DNA from: Escherichia coli
GTDB taxonomy: Bacteria > Pseudomonadota > Gammaproteobacteria > Enterobacterales > Enterobacteriaceae
NCBI RefSeq assembly: GCF_030013205.1
Contig: NZ_CP122648.1
DNA length: 64,000 nt
Direction: 5' to 3' (one strand)
Below, in pieces: positions 10,150 through 21,455 of this stretch. The translations under genes were made by a program, and so were the position numbers. Within the stretch, counting starts at the first letter, position 1; each line of letters begins with the position of its first letter. The notes beneath the pieces were generated by a model. It was not told the DNA's origin. It saw only the letters and a program-made list of their open reading frames with translations, and did not search any database.

Positions 10150-11904
10150 ATGCGTTATGTGCGGGTTAACGCTCCTGCAGGTGCAACATCTGGAAAATAT
10201 TACCCTGTTGTTGTTATGCGTTCTGCTGGCTCAGTAAGCGAACTGGCATCAAGGGTCATTATCACCACGGCACCGCGAACCGCAGGCGATCCGATGAATA
10301 ACTGCGAGTTTAACGGATTTGTTATGCCTGGTGGCTGGACTGACAGGGGGCGTTATGCTTATGGAATGTTCTGGCAATATCAAAACAATGAACGAGCCAT
10401 CCACTCAATAATGATGAGTAATAAGGGCGATGATTTGCGCTCTGTGTTCTATGTTGATGGCGCTGCTTTCCCTGTTTTTGCGTTTATCGAAGATGGCCTG
10501 TCAATATCCGCACCTGGTGCTGATCTCGTTGTTAATGATACGACCTATAAGTTTGGGGCAACAAATCCAGCGACTGAATGTATCGCGGCGGACGTTATCC
10601 TTGATTTTAAGAGTGGGCGTGGTTTTTATGAGTCTCATTCGTTAATCGTTAACGATAACTTGTCGTGCAAAAAACTTTTTGCCACAGACGAAATTGTAGC
10701 GCGTGGTGGTAATCAGATTCGAATGATAGGTGGGGAGTATGGTGCATTATGGCGTAATGATGGCGCTAAAACTTACCTGCTGCTTACCAATCAAGGTGAT
10801 GTTTATGGTGGCTGGAATACATTAAGACCGTTTGCTATTGATAACGCAACCGGCGAACTGGTTATTGGAACCAAACTGTCCGCAAGTCTGAACGGTAATG
10901 CATTAACAGCAACAAAGCTGCAAACGCCAAGACTGGTTTCTGGTGTTGAGTTTGATGGTTCCAAAGATATTACTTTAACCGCCGCGCATGTGGCTGCTTT
11001 TGCCAGAAGGGCAACGGATACATATGCCGATGCGGATGGTGGCGTTCCCTGGAATGCCGAATCAGGCGCTTACAATGTCACCCGCTCTGGCAACAGCTAT
11101 ATTCTGGTTAACTTCTATACCGGAGTCGGAAGTTGCCGGACATTGCAGATGAAGGCGCATTACAGAAATGGAGGTCTGTTCTACCGTTCCTCAAGAGATG
11201 GCTATGGTTTTGAGGAAGACTGGGCAGAAGTTTATACCTCGAAAAATCTTCCACCAGAAAGCTACCCAGTCGGTGCACCAATCCCGTGGCCATCAGATAC
11301 CGTTCCGTCTGGTTATGCCCTGATGCAGGGGCAGACTTTTGACAAATCTGCTTACCCGAAACTTGCAGCCGCTTATCCGTCAGGCGTGATCCCTGATATG
11401 CGTGGCTGGACGATTAAGGGCAAACCTGCCAGTGGTCGGGCCGTATTGTCTCAGGAACAGGACGGCATTAAATCGCACACCCACAGCGCCAGCGCATCCA
11501 GTACGGATTTGGGGACGAAAACCACATCGTCGTTTGATTACGGCACTAAATCCACGAATAACACCGGGGCGCATACCCATAGTGTTAGCGGTACGGCTGC
11601 TTCAGCCGGTGCACATACCCATTCGATAACATTTGTTTCAGGTGGCACCAAAGGTGCTCCGGGAAGTGGATCACCTGATTATTCTAAATACAGTGTTAAC
11701 ACTTCTTCTGCAGGCGCTCATACGCACTCTGTATCGGGTACTGCTGCAAGCGCAGGTGCACACGCACATACTGTAGGTATTGGTGCGCATACGCACTCGG
11801 TTGCGATTGGTTCACATGGACACACCATCACCGTTAACGCTGCTGGTAACGCGGAAAACACCGTCAAAAACATCGCATTTAACTATATTGTGAGGCTTGC
11901 ATAA
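10150..11904 (+). CDS. stfQ: Side tail fibre protein fragment (Stf-like C-terminal region)
   Basis: 584 aa ORF with repeated GAHTHS motifs near the C-terminus, typical of lambda Stf / T-even long-tail-fibre tips; followed by a Tfa gene; upstream end abuts the terminase deletion junction. Confidence 0.6.
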
Positions 11905-12479
11905 TGGCATTCAGAATGAGTGAACAACCACGGACCATAAAAATTTATAATCTGCTGGCCGGAACTAATGAATTTATTGGTGAAGGTGATGCATATATTC
12001 CGCCTCATACAGGTCTGCCAGCAAACAGTACCGATATTGCACCGCCAGATATTCCGGCTGGCTTCGTGGCTGTTTTCAACAGTGATGAGTCATCGTGGCA
12101 TCTCGTTGAAGATCATCGGGGTAAAACGGTTTATGACGTGGCTTCCGGCGACGCGTTATTTATTTCTGAACTCGGTCCGTTACCGGAAAATGTTACCTGG
12201 TTATCGCCGGAAGGGGAGTTTCAGAAGTGGAACGGCACAGCCTGGGTGAAGGATACGGAAGCAGAAAAACTGTTCCGGATCCGGGAGGCGGAAGAAACAA
12301 AAAACAACCTGATGCAGGTAGCCAGTGAGCATATTGCGCCGCTTCAGGATGCTGCAGATCTGGAAATCGCAACGGAGGAAGAAATCTCGTTGCTGGAAGC
12401 ATGGAAAAAGTATCGGGTATTGCTGAACCGTGTTGATACGTCAACTGCACAGGATATTGAATGGCCAGCACTGCCGTAG
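11904..12479 (+). CDS. tfaQ: Tail fibre assembly protein (Tfa family)
   Basis: 191 aa; start overlaps the stf stop; conserved Tfa C-terminal region. Confidence 0.8.
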
Positions 12480-12576
12480 GGTAAAACATATAAATTCTAT
12501 AATTAGATGTATCTTTCCATTTACGGCAAGGAAGGGGGCTTGGAAGACGTAAAGCATCTCACACCGAGATTATTTT

Positions 12577-13167
12577 TTATATGTCAGGTGTCTGAAGTTT
12601 TGCTTTGGCTCTTAAAATGGTTTGCCGCGAGGTTTTGAATTCCCGGGCAATGGCACTTATACTTACACCTGACTTAATTCGTTCGAATACCGCCTGTTTC
12701 TGTTCTTCATTTAACACAGGTGGTCGACCAAAACGTTTCCCTGCGCCGCGGGCACTTACTATCCCGGAATGAGTGCGTTCAAGTAAAAGGTCTCGTTCAA
12801 ATTCAGCGACTGCTGAAATTACTTGCATCATCATTTTTCCTGTTGGACTGGTCAGGTCAATGCCCCCCAATGCTAAGCAATGCACTCTGATACCTGTTTC
12901 GGTCAGTTGTTCCACTGTTTTCCTGATATCCATTGCATTACAACCAAGGCGATCCAGTTTTGTCACAATCAATTGATCACCACATTTCAGGCGAGCAAGC
13001 AACCGGTTAAAACCAGGACGCTCACTGGTTGCTGCTGAGCCGCTAATGTGTTCTTCGATTATTTGCTGAGGTTTGATTTTAAAACCTGCACTTTCGATTT
13101 CCCGGCGTTGATTTTCGGTGGTCTGATCCAGCGTTGATATCCGACAGTAAGCAAAAATTCGAGACAT
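12577..13167 (-). CDS. pinQ: Serine recombinase / DNA invertase (Pin family)
   Basis: 196 aa; N-terminal resolvase catalytic domain (YCRISTLDQ with catalytic Ser) and C-terminal HTH; convergent with tfa. Confidence 0.8.
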   Translation of the reverse strand: MSRIFAYCRISTLDQTTENQRREIESAGFKIKPQQIIEEHISGSAATSERPGFNRLLARLKCGDQLIVTKLDRLGCNAMDIRKTVEQLTETGIRVHCLALGGIDLTSPTGKMMMQVISAVAEFERDLLLERTHSGIVSARGAGKRFGRPPVLNEEQKQAVFERIKSGVSISAIAREFKTSRQTILRAKAKLQTPDI

Positions 13168-13483
13168 AGTGAGACTCTATACGAAATTGGTGTTCATATC
13201 ATAATGCATCTCAGAAAATAATTATGATTATTTTTGTGCATATTTGTATGTACACGTTCGAAAATAAACGAATGCGTATGCAACCCCGTAATTTTGGTGA
13301 GACCCAAAATCGATTTTGTGAAAAATGGCTTTAACTCGGTTTGTTTTTCGAGTTCCGGGCGGACTCAAGGAAGAAGAATAGTGTTGCGTGTTATTTTAAC
13401 CAGATTTCAAGTTGTTTGGTCGTGGAAAAGTGGAGCAAAATGTTGTTAAAGTGGAAAAATGATAAAAAAGTAAGTTTATTATA

Positions 13484-13717
13484 TTACATTTTACCATTTA
13501 AATTTTGGTTGTCTTTAAGAACTGATATCGCTGTTTGTAATAATTCTTTGTTATCCAGCCATGATTTTTTCTTTATGTTTCCTTCAATGTAATCAAGCAA
13601 TGTTCTGGTATTGATAGGTCTTCCCTGTTTTGCTACTTCCACTACAGCATCCCCTAGGATAATTCTTACTTCAGGAAGCTGCGCAGGGAACCACTTTAGG
13701 GTGTCTTTTGATTTCAT
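13484..13717 (-). CDS. ydfK: Small prophage protein YdfK-like (77 aa)
   Basis: ORF 13484..13750; internal ATG at 13715-13717 with an AAGGAA Shine-Dalgarno-like sequence gives 77 aa. Confidence 0.55.
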   Translation of the reverse strand: MKSKDTLKWFPAQLPEVRIILGDAVVEVAKQGRPINTRTLLDYIEGNIKKKSWLDNKELLQTAISVLKDNQNLNGKM

Positions 13718-14502
13718 GAAGATATTCCTTAAAATATTATTGATTTTCATTGCGATATTGTATGTCTGATTCAGGATATGTTGACTTATACATCGGTTTT
13801 GTCTGGGTTATTGGATATGCCAATCCCTAATTTTATTAGGGCATGACTAAAAATGCTGAATATGATAAGGAGAGATGTGATTATCAGTATGCTGTTCATA
13901 TAGCCTCGAATTAGTAATGTGTTATATATGATATAGTTGACAATTTTTATCTTGGGTGTTCTTAAAGTTCGTAGATAAACATTGTCGTTTCAGGTATACA
14001 GGAATGCTAACAGGTGGCAGCAAAAATCAGGCGGTTTATGGCGCAAGCTGAAGCGGCAACTGCAAACTATCTTATGCAGAGACTCTACACGGATTGGGTT
14101 TAAAAGTATACATAGATAACAGTTTTTATCTGAAAAAGAAAAATATCAAGGTGATATAGCCTATATGCCTTTGATGCGGAGGAATGAATGTGATGGGAGT
14201 GATGTATCTGAATAGTTGAAAAACCGCAGACACGCCTTATGCAAGAACGTGCTGCGGTTGGCTGGTAAATTTTTCGATAGTGTGAGTATTGAATGATTTC
14301 CAGCCGTTCTTGATTTTACGCATAAATCCATGAAAAAACTACTTATCTGTTGGGGAGTTTTTTTGGGGCATATATGGGACAGAAATAGGCCCCAGATAGA
14401 CACTGAGATCGAACTTAGGATGCTTTTTAAAAAATGCAACTATCTGAAAAAACCTAGAAAACGCCAAGGAAACCACAGGATGGGAAAAAACACCTGTGAA
14501 TT

Positions 14503-15786
14503 ATGGATTTCCAGTTATATTCGCTCGGCGCAGCGTTAGTGTTTCATGAAATATTTTTTCCTGAATCATCAACGGCAATGGCGTTAATTCTGGCAATGGG
14601 AACCTACGGTGCAGGTTATGTGGCGCGTATTGTCGGAGCATTTATTTTCGGCAAAATGGGCGACAGAATCGGGCGTAAAAAAGTGCTCTTTATTACCATC
14701 ACTATGATGGGGATCTGTACTACCTTAATTGGTGTGCTGCCGACCTATGCACAAATTGGTGTGTTTGCGCCAATTTTGCTGGTGACGCTGCGTATTATTC
14801 AGGGGCTGGGGGCAGGCGCGGAAATTTCCGGTGCCGGCACGATGCTGGCGGAATATGCACCAAAAGGTAAGCGCGGAATTATCTCCTCATTTGTTGCTAT
14901 GGGGACTAACTGCGGAACCTTGAGCGCAACGGCAATCTGGGCCTTTATGTTCTTCATTCTCAGTAAAGAGGAACTGCTTGCGTGGGGATGGCGTATACCG
15001 TTCCTGGCGAGCGTTGTCGTGATGGTCTTTGCTATCTGGTTGCGTATGAATCTGAAAGAAAGCCCGGTCTTTGAGAAGGTTAACGACAGCAACCAACCGA
15101 CAGCAAAACCTGCACCTGCTGGTAGCATGTTCCAGAGCAAATCCTTCTGGCTGGCAACAGGGCTGCGTTTTGGTCAGGCTGGTAACTCCGGTTTAATTCA
15201 GACTTTCCTTGCAGGCTATTTAGTGCAGACGTTATTGTTTAACAAAGCAATTCCAACAGATGCATTGATGATCAGTTCGATTCTCGGCTTTATGACCATT
15301 CCGTTCCTTGGTTGGTTATCCGATAAAATAGGTCGCCGGATCCCGTATATTATTATGAATACCTCTGCGATTGTGCTGGCGTGGCCAATGCTTTCTATCA
15401 TCGTAGATAAAAGCTATGCCCCGAGCACCATTATGGTTGCACTGATTGTGATTCATAACTGTGCGGTGCTGGGATTATTTGCTCTGGAAAACATTACCAT
15501 GGCAGAAATGTTCGGCTGTAAAAACCGCTTTACCCGGATGGCGATTTCTAAAGAAATTGGTGGTCTTATCGCTTCCGGTTTTGGTCCTATCCTGGCGGGT
15601 ATTTTCTGCACCATGACGGAATCCTGGTATCCGATCGCCATTATGATCATGGCATATTCAGTGATTGGTTTAATCTCTGCGCTGAAAATGCCAGAAGTGA
15701 GAGACCGTGATTTAAGTGCACTGGAAGATGCCGCGGAAGATCAACCGCGTGTTGTAACAGCTGCGCAACCTTCAAGAAGTCTGTAA
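14503..15786 (+). CDS. ydfJ: MFS metabolite:H+ symporter-family transporter, apparently N-terminally truncated by the prophage insertion
   Basis: 427 aa polytopic membrane protein starting in what looks like the first transmembrane helix (MDFQLYSLGAALVFHEIFFP); an in-frame stop lies immediately upstream; a phage non-coding region precedes it. Confidence 0.7.
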   Translation: MDFQLYSLGAALVFHEIFFPESSTAMALILAMGTYGAGYVARIVGAFIFGKMGDRIGRKKVLFITITMMGICTTLIGVLPTYAQIGVFAPILLVTLRIIQGLGAGAEISGAGTMLAEYAPKGKRGIISSFVAMGTNCGTLSATAIWAFMFFILSKEELLAWGWRIPFLASVVVMVFAIWLRMNLKESPVFEKVNDSNQPTAKPAPAGSMFQSKSFWLATGLRFGQAGNSGLIQTFLAGYLVQTLLFNKAIPTDALMISSILGFMTIPFLGWLSDKIGRRIPYIIMNTSAIVLAWPMLSIIVDKSYAPSTIMVALIVIHNCAVLGLFALENITMAEMFGCKNRFTRMAISKEIGGLIASGFGPILAGIFCTMTESWYPIAIMIMAYSVIGLISALKMPEVRDRDLSALEDAAEDQPRVVTAAQPSRSL

Positions 15787-15875
15787 ATCCTCCATCCCTT
15801 CTCTTACCGGAGAGGGGATTTTTTATTCATATAACAAAACATGCAGCTTGCCATATTTAAATTTAAGGAATTGTT

Positions 15876-17336
15876 ATGGGAAATAATTTGTTATCAGCAA
15901 AAGCGACGCTCCCTGTTTATGATCGTAATAACCTGGCCCCAAGAATTGTTCATTTAGGCTTTGGCGCATTTCACCGTGCGCATCAGGGCGTGTATGCCGA
16001 TATTCTTGCTACAAAACATTTCAGTGATTGGGGATATTATGAGGTCAATTTAATCGGCGGCGAACAGCAAATTGCCGATTTACAACAGCAAGATAATCTT
16101 TATACCGTTGCGGAAATGTCGGCCGATGCGTGGACGGCTCGCGTCGTTGGCGTCGTTAAAAAAGCCTTGCACGTACAGATAGATGGCTTAGAAACCGTGT
16201 TGGCTGCGATGTGTGAACCGCAAATCGCGATTGTCTCTCTGACAATCACCGAAAAAGGGTATTTCCACTCTCCGGCGACCGGACAGTTAATGCTCGATCA
16301 CCCGATGGTCGCTGCCGACGTGCAAAATCCCCACCAGCCGAAAACTGCAACAGGGGTGATTGTTGAGGCGCTGGCTCGCCGTAAAGCGGCAGGACTTCCC
16401 GCATTTACCGTCATGTCATGTGACAACATGCCAGAAAACGGTCATGTTATGCGTGACGTTGTCACTTCCTACGCGCAAGCTGTTGATGTAAAACTGGCAC
16501 AATGGATCGAAGTAAACGTGACTTTCCCATCAACAATGGTGGACCGTATTGTGCCCGCAGTGACAGAGGATACGCTGGCGAAAATCGAACAACTTACCGG
16601 TGTGCGCGATCCTGCTGGCGTTGCCTGTGAACCTTTCCGCCAGTGGGTAATAGAAGATAACTTTGTTGCCGGACGTCCGGAATGGGAAAAAGCGGGAGCC
16701 GAACTGGTTAGTGATGTGCTGCCTTATGAAGAGATGAAGTTGCGCATGCTCAACGGCAGTCATTCATTCCTGGCGTATCTGGGGTATCTTGCTGGATATC
16801 AGCACATTAATGACTGCATGGAAGATGAACATTATCGTCATGCAGCGTATGCCTTGATGTTGCAGGAACAAGCGCCGACGTTGAAAGTGCAGGGCGTTGA
16901 TTTGCAAGATTACGCTAACCGATTAATTGAACGCTATAGCAACCCGGCGCTACGTCATCGAACCTGGCAGATTGCGATGGATGGCAGCCAGAAATTGCCA
17001 CAGCGGATGTTGGATTCTGTTCGCTGGCATCTGGCGCATGACAGCAAGTTCGATCTGCTGGCGCTGGGCGTCGCAGGTTGGATGCGTTATGTCGGTGGTG
17101 TTGATGAACAGGGAAATCCGATAGAAATCAGTGACCCACTGTTACCTGTTATTCAGAAGGCTGTACAAAGTAGTGCCGAAGGGAAAGCGCGCGTCCAGTC
17201 ATTGCTGGCGATTAAGGCGATCTTTGGTGATGATTTGCCAGACAATAGCTTGTTTACTGCAAAAGTGACGGAAGCGTACTTGTCTTTATTAGCGCATGGT
17301 GCGAAAGCGACCGTTGCGAAATATTCCGTGAAGTAA
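15876..17336 (+). CDS. ydfI: Mannitol-dehydrogenase-family oxidoreductase (D-mannonate oxidoreductase-like)
   Basis: 486 aa; N-terminal Rossmann motif ([10 protein letters not shown]); similar to UxuB/UxaB-type enzymes. Confidence 0.85.
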   Translation: MGNNLLSAKATLPVYDRNNLAPRIVHLGFGAFHRAHQGVYADILATKHFSDWGYYEVNLIGGEQQIADLQQQDNLYTVAEMSADAWTARVVGVVKKALHVQIDGLETVLAAMCEPQIAIVSLTITEKGYFHSPATGQLMLDHPMVAADVQNPHQPKTATGVIVEALARRKAAGLPAFTVMSCDNMPENGHVMRDVVTSYAQAVDVKLAQWIEVNVTFPSTMVDRIVPAVTEDTLAKIEQLTGVRDPAGVACEPFRQWVIEDNFVAGRPEWEKAGAELVSDVLPYEEMKLRMLNGSHSFLAYLGYLAGYQHINDCMEDEHYRHAAYALMLQEQAPTLKVQGVDLQDYANRLIERYSNPALRHRTWQIAMDGSQKLPQRMLDSVRWHLAHDSKFDLLALGVAGWMRYVGGVDEQGNPIEISDPLLPVIQKAVQSSAEGKARVQSLLAIKAIFGDDLPDNSLFTAKVTEAYLSLLAHGAKATVAKYSVK

Positions 17337-17371
17337 AAAAAGCAATGCCGCCATCGGCGGCATTCACACGC

Positions 17372-17575
17372 TTAGTTCATGCCGAGACGAATCAGGTCCA
17401 GAGGTGCCAGTTTCTCTTCACAACCTTCAACAACTACGGTTTTTCCGCGGCGGACTTGCTCAGCGGTCAGACCTTCAGTATCAATCGACAGGATCTTGCC
17501 AGTGTGACCGGTGCCGCTAACCATAACACGGCTGCCAGTGGTGATTGCGTTACGGTTACGATCGTAGGTCGTCAT
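17372..17575 (-). CDS. ydfZ: Small protein YdfZ (67 aa)
   Basis: 67 aa [30 protein letters not shown]...; position conserved between ydfI and ydfH. Confidence 0.7.
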   Translation of the reverse strand: MTTYDRNRNAITTGSRVMVSGTGHTGKILSIDTEGLTAEQVRRGKTVVVEGCEEKLAPLDLIRLGMN

Positions 17576-17751
17576 AGGTGTTTTCTCCTTTCTGATTTAC
17601 AGTCGAAGCCCACGTAACGGGCGCAATATAAATACTCCTGTCGAGTGAAATATTTTTTGTTTTTGATCAAGCTCACATCTTTTTTGATGCATGCATGAGC
17701 CATAAGGCGGGGGGAGAGACTCTCACCCCGAATGGGATGAGAGGAAATGAA

Positions 17752-18438
17752 TTACTCTTCGCTAAACCAGTCGCTGTTTTCCTGGCGGATCTGGCGCACG
17801 GATTCGCTGATTTCCTGCAAATGTTGCGTCATTGCACGTTCTACCGCATCGCCATCACGTTTTTGCAGGGCAGAGAAAATATCAAGATGCTGGCGTAACA
17901 GCATTTCTGGTGGAGAAACGTGGTCGAAACACATATAGCGCACGCGATCAACGGTCGCTTTCAGGTTCTCAATGGTATCCCACGCCAGTTGACAGTCGGC
18001 AATCTGCGTCAGGAGTTGATGGAAGTTGTCATCAAGTTCAAAAAAATCATCCAGTTGCTTGCGCTCAATGGCAATGCGTTGCTGGTGAAGATTTTGTTCC
18101 AGTTGGTAGCACTGGCTTTCGGTAATCATGCTCGCCGCCCGACGCGCCACCGCGCACTCAATGGCCTGACGGATAAAACTGCCGTTGCGCACCTGGGCCA
18201 TGGAAATTTTGTTGACGTAGCTGCCACGCTGCGGACGAATTTGAATCAGGCCGTTTTCCGCCAGTTTAATAAAGGCTTCACGAACCGGCTGGCGTGACAC
18301 ATTGAAACGAACAGAAACTTCTTTTTCCGACAACGGTGTGCCTGGTGCAATCAGGCAATGGACAATGTCGCGACGAAGAATACGATAAATCTGCTGATTG
18401 ACAGGCTGTGTGGGATTAAGTTGCGTTTCGACGGTCAT
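17752..18438 (-). CDS. ydfH: GntR/FadR-family transcriptional regulator
   Basis: 228 aa; N-terminal winged HTH ([24 protein letters not shown]) and FCD-type C-terminal domain. Confidence 0.8.
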   Translation of the reverse strand: MTVETQLNPTQPVNQQIYRILRRDIVHCLIAPGTPLSEKEVSVRFNVSRQPVREAFIKLAENGLIQIRPQRGSYVNKISMAQVRNGSFIRQAIECAVARRAASMITESQCYQLEQNLHQQRIAIERKQLDDFFELDDNFHQLLTQIADCQLAWDTIENLKATVDRVRYMCFDHVSPPEMLLRQHLDIFSALQKRDGDAVERAMTQHLQEISESVRQIRQENSDWFSEE

Positions 18439-18526
18439 TCGTTCTTGCTTGTGAGTGAGTTAACTGCATGAGTCTACCACTTTTTTGTGACAAGCAATAA
18501 CCCGGCAGTTACGCCGGGTATAAAAA

Positions 18527-19273
18527 TTACTGACGGTGGACATTCAGTCCGGCATAGCTTTGGGTAACCGGCATCATTTCCAGGGTATTGATATTGACGT
18601 GAGCAGGCAGCGTTGATACCCACCAGACGGCTTCGCTGACATCTTCTGGCGTCAATGCAACGGTATTTTGATAGGTTTTTTCCGCTTTACCGTCATCGCC
18701 TTTAAAGCGGACATTGGAAAACTCGGTGCCACCCACCAGACCCGGTTCGATGTCGGTGACGCGCACCGCCGTACCATGCAGGTCCGTACGCAGATTCAGG
18801 CTAAACTGACGAACAAACGCTTTCGTCGCACCGTAAACGTTACCACCGGCATACGGCCAGCTACCTGCCGTTGAGCCAATGTTAATAATATGACCATGAT
18901 TACGTTCAACCATACCCGGTAAGACGGCGCGCGTCATATATACCAGGCCTTTATTGTTGGTATCAATCATCGTTTCCCAGTCTTCAACGCTGGCTTTATG
19001 CGCAGGCTCCATGCCCAACGCCAGGCCGGCATTATTTACCAGGATATCAATATTGCTCCACTCGGCAGGAAGCGATGCCAGCATCTCTTCAATAGCGGCG
19101 CGGTTGCGAACGTCCAGTTGGGCGATATAAAGATTATCTCCCAGTTCGTCTTTTAACTCCTGCAACCGCTCCTGGCGACGGCCAGTGGCGATAACTTTAT
19201 GCCCTTGTTGAATAAAACGACGAGTAATGCATTCACCAAAACCTGCCGTTGCTCCAGTTACTAAAACGATCAT
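18527..19273 (-). CDS. ydfG: NADP-dependent short-chain dehydrogenase (3-hydroxy acid dehydrogenase)
   Basis: Start at MIVLVTGATAGFG (Rossmann TGxxxGxG) gives 248 aa; catalytic YGATK motif is present. Confidence 0.85.
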   Translation of the reverse strand: MIVLVTGATAGFGECITRRFIQQGHKVIATGRRQERLQELKDELGDNLYIAQLDVRNRAAIEEMLASLPAEWSNIDILVNNAGLALGMEPAHKASVEDWETMIDTNNKGLVYMTRAVLPGMVERNHGHIINIGSTAGSWPYAGGNVYGATKAFVRQFSLNLRTDLHGTAVRVTDIEPGLVGGTEFSNVRFKGDDGKAEKTYQNTVALTPEDVSEAVWWVSTLPAHVNINTLEMMPVTQSYAGLNVHRQ

Positions 19274-19409
19274 CTCACTGTTCCTCAACGCTTTTGTGTG
19301 TCAATAACATAGCACGTGATGCTTAAGAGCGGGTAATACTGGTTTGCAAGATTGCACTCCGTTATCAGTAAGCCTACGCTATGGAACACCTCGCGTTCAG
19401 GAGAAGAAA

Positions 19410-21455
19410 ATGACAACAATGAATCCTTTCCTTGTGCAAAGCACACTGCCGTATCTGGCTCCCCATTTTGATCAAATTGCCAATCATCACTATCGCCCGG
19501 CATTCGATGAGGGAATGCAGCAAAAGCGGGCAGAAATTGCTGCCATCGCGCTTAACCCGCAAACACCTGATTTCAACAATACTATTCTGGCACTGGAACA
19601 AAGCGGAGAATTACTTACCCGCGTTACCAGCGTCTTTTTTGCGATGACTGCGGCGCATACTAATGATGAATTACAGCGTCTTGATGAACAGTTTTCCGCT
19701 GAACTGGCGGAACTGGCTAATGATATCTATCTGAACGGTGAATTATTCGCGCGGGTAGATGCTGTCTGGCAACGCCGTGAATCCCTGGGACTTGATAGTG
19801 AATCCATCCGCCTGGTGGAGGTCATTCATCAACGTTTTGTCCTTGCCGGAGCCAAACTTGCACAAGCTGATAAAGCAAAATTAAAAGTCCTGAATACAGA
19901 AGCTGCGACCCTGACCAGCCAGTTTAACCAGCGGTTACTGGCAGCAAATAAATCCGGCGGTCTGGTTGTGAACGATTTCGCGCAGCTGGCAGGAATGAGT
20001 GAGCAAGAGATTGCGCTGGCGGCAGAGGCGGCTCGCGAGAAAGGTCTGGATAACAAATGGCTGATTCCGTTGCTGAATACCACCCAGCAACCAGCGCTTG
20101 CTGAACTGCGCGATCGCGCGACGCGTGAAAAACTGTTCACTGCGGGCTGGACGCGAGCGGAAAAAAATGATGCCAATGATACCCGCGCTATCATTCAACG
20201 TCTGGTGGAGATCCGCGCGCAGCAGGCGAAACTGCTTGGTTTCCCTCATTATGCCGCATGGAAAATCGCCGATCAGATGGCAAAAACGCCAGAAGCAGCA
20301 CTCAACTTTATGCGGGAAATTGTTCCAGCGGCGCGTCAACGTGCGAGCGATGAATTAGCCTCCATACAGGCGGTTATCGATAAGCAGCAGGGCGGGTTTA
20401 GCGCGCAGCCGTGGGACTGGGCATTTTATGCCGAGCAGGTAAGACGTGAGAAATTCGATCTCGATGAATCGCAGCTCAAGCCATATTTTGAATTAAACAC
20501 GGTGTTGAATGAAGGTGTATTCTGGACCGCGAATCAGCTCTTCGGTATTAAGTTTGTCGAACGTTTTGATATTCCTGTCTACCATCCTGACGTTCGTGTA
20601 TGGGAAATTTTTGATCATAATGGCGTGGGGCTGGCGTTATTTTACGGTGATTTCTTCGCCCGTGATTCAAAAAGCGGCGGTGCATGGATGGGCAATTTTG
20701 TTGAGCAATCAACGCTTAATGAAACGCATCCGGTAATTTATAACGTCTGCAATTATCAGAAACCCGCTGCCGGTGAGCCTGCGTTGTTACTCTGGGATGA
20801 TGTCATAACCTTATTCCATGAATTTGGTCATACGTTGCACGGCCTCTTTGCCCGCCAGCGTTATGCCACACTTTCCGGCACCAACACGCCGCGTGATTTT
20901 GTCGAATTTCCGTCGCAAATCAACGAACACTGGGCAACGCATCCGCAGGTATTCGCTCGCTACGCCCGGCATTATCAGAGCGGGGCAGCAATGCCTGACG
21001 AACTGCAACAGAAAATGCGTAATGCCAGCCTGTTCAATAAAGGGTATGAGATGAGCGAACTGCTTAGCGCCGCACTTCTCGATATGCGCTGGCATTGCCT
21101 GGAAGAAAACGAAGCAATGCAGGATGTCGATGATTTCGAATTGCGGGCGCTGGTGGCAGAAAATATGGATCTTCCCGCTATACCGCCACGCTATCGCAGC
21201 AGTTATTTCGCCCATATTTTTGGTGGCGGATATGCCGCAGGTTATTACGCTTATCTGTGGACGCAAATGTTGGCCGATGATGGTTACCAGTGGTTTGTTG
21301 AGCAGGGCGGATTAACGCGTGAAAATGGGCGGCGTTTTCGCGAGGCGATTCTTTCCAGAGGTAACAGCGAAGATCTGGAACGCCTGTATCGACAATGGCG
21401 CGGTAAGGCACCTCAGATTATGACGATGCTGCAACATCGTGGCTTGAACGTATAA
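19410..21455 (+). CDS. dcp: Dipeptidyl carboxypeptidase II (M3-family zinc metallopeptidase)
   Basis: 681 aa from the ATG at 19410 (AGGAGAAG upstream); HEFGH zinc-binding motif present. Confidence 0.9.
   Translation: MTTMNPFLVQSTLPYLAPHFDQIANHHYRPAFDEGMQQKRAEIAAIALNPQTPDFNNTILALEQSGELLTRVTSVFFAMTAAHTNDELQRLDEQFSAELAELANDIYLNGELFARVDAVWQRRESLGLDSESIRLVEVIHQRFVLAGAKLAQADKAKLKVLNTEAATLTSQFNQRLLAANKSGGLVVNDFAQLAGMSEQEIALAAEAAREKGLDNKWLIPLLNTTQQPALAELRDRATREKLFTAGWTRAEKNDANDTRAIIQRLVEIRAQQAKLLGFPHYAAWKIADQMAKTPEAALNFMREIVPAARQRASDELASIQAVIDKQQGGFSAQPWDWAFYAEQVRREKFDLDESQLKPYFELNTVLNEGVFWTANQLFGIKFVERFDIPVYHPDVRVWEIFDHNGVGLALFYGDFFARDSKSGGAWMGNFVEQSTLNETHPVIYNVCNYQKPAAGEPALLLWDDVITLFHEFGHTLHGLFARQRYATLSGTNTPRDFVEFPSQINEHWATHPQVFARYARHYQSGAAMPDELQQKMRNASLFNKGYEMSELLSAALLDMRWHCLEENEAMQDVDDFELRALVAENMDLPAIPPRYRSSYFAHIFGGGYAAGYYAYLWTQMLADDGYQWFVEQGGLTRENGRRFREAILSRGNSEDLERLYRQWRGKAPQIMTMLQHRGLNV

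Noticed and set aside
12590-12660. Possible Pin/Gin-type inversion crossover site near the 3-prime end of pinQ (sequence resembling GGTTTTGGATAA half-sites)
   Set aside because: Only a weak partial match to one half-site, and I could not find a second inverted copy flanking the stf/tfa region, so an invertible segment is not supported.
14161-14539. Small ORFs at the prophage edge (14161..14439 minus, 14330..14539 plus)
   Set aside because: Mutually overlapping, low-complexity, spanning the prophage-host junction; no Shine-Dalgarno sequence or domain evidence.
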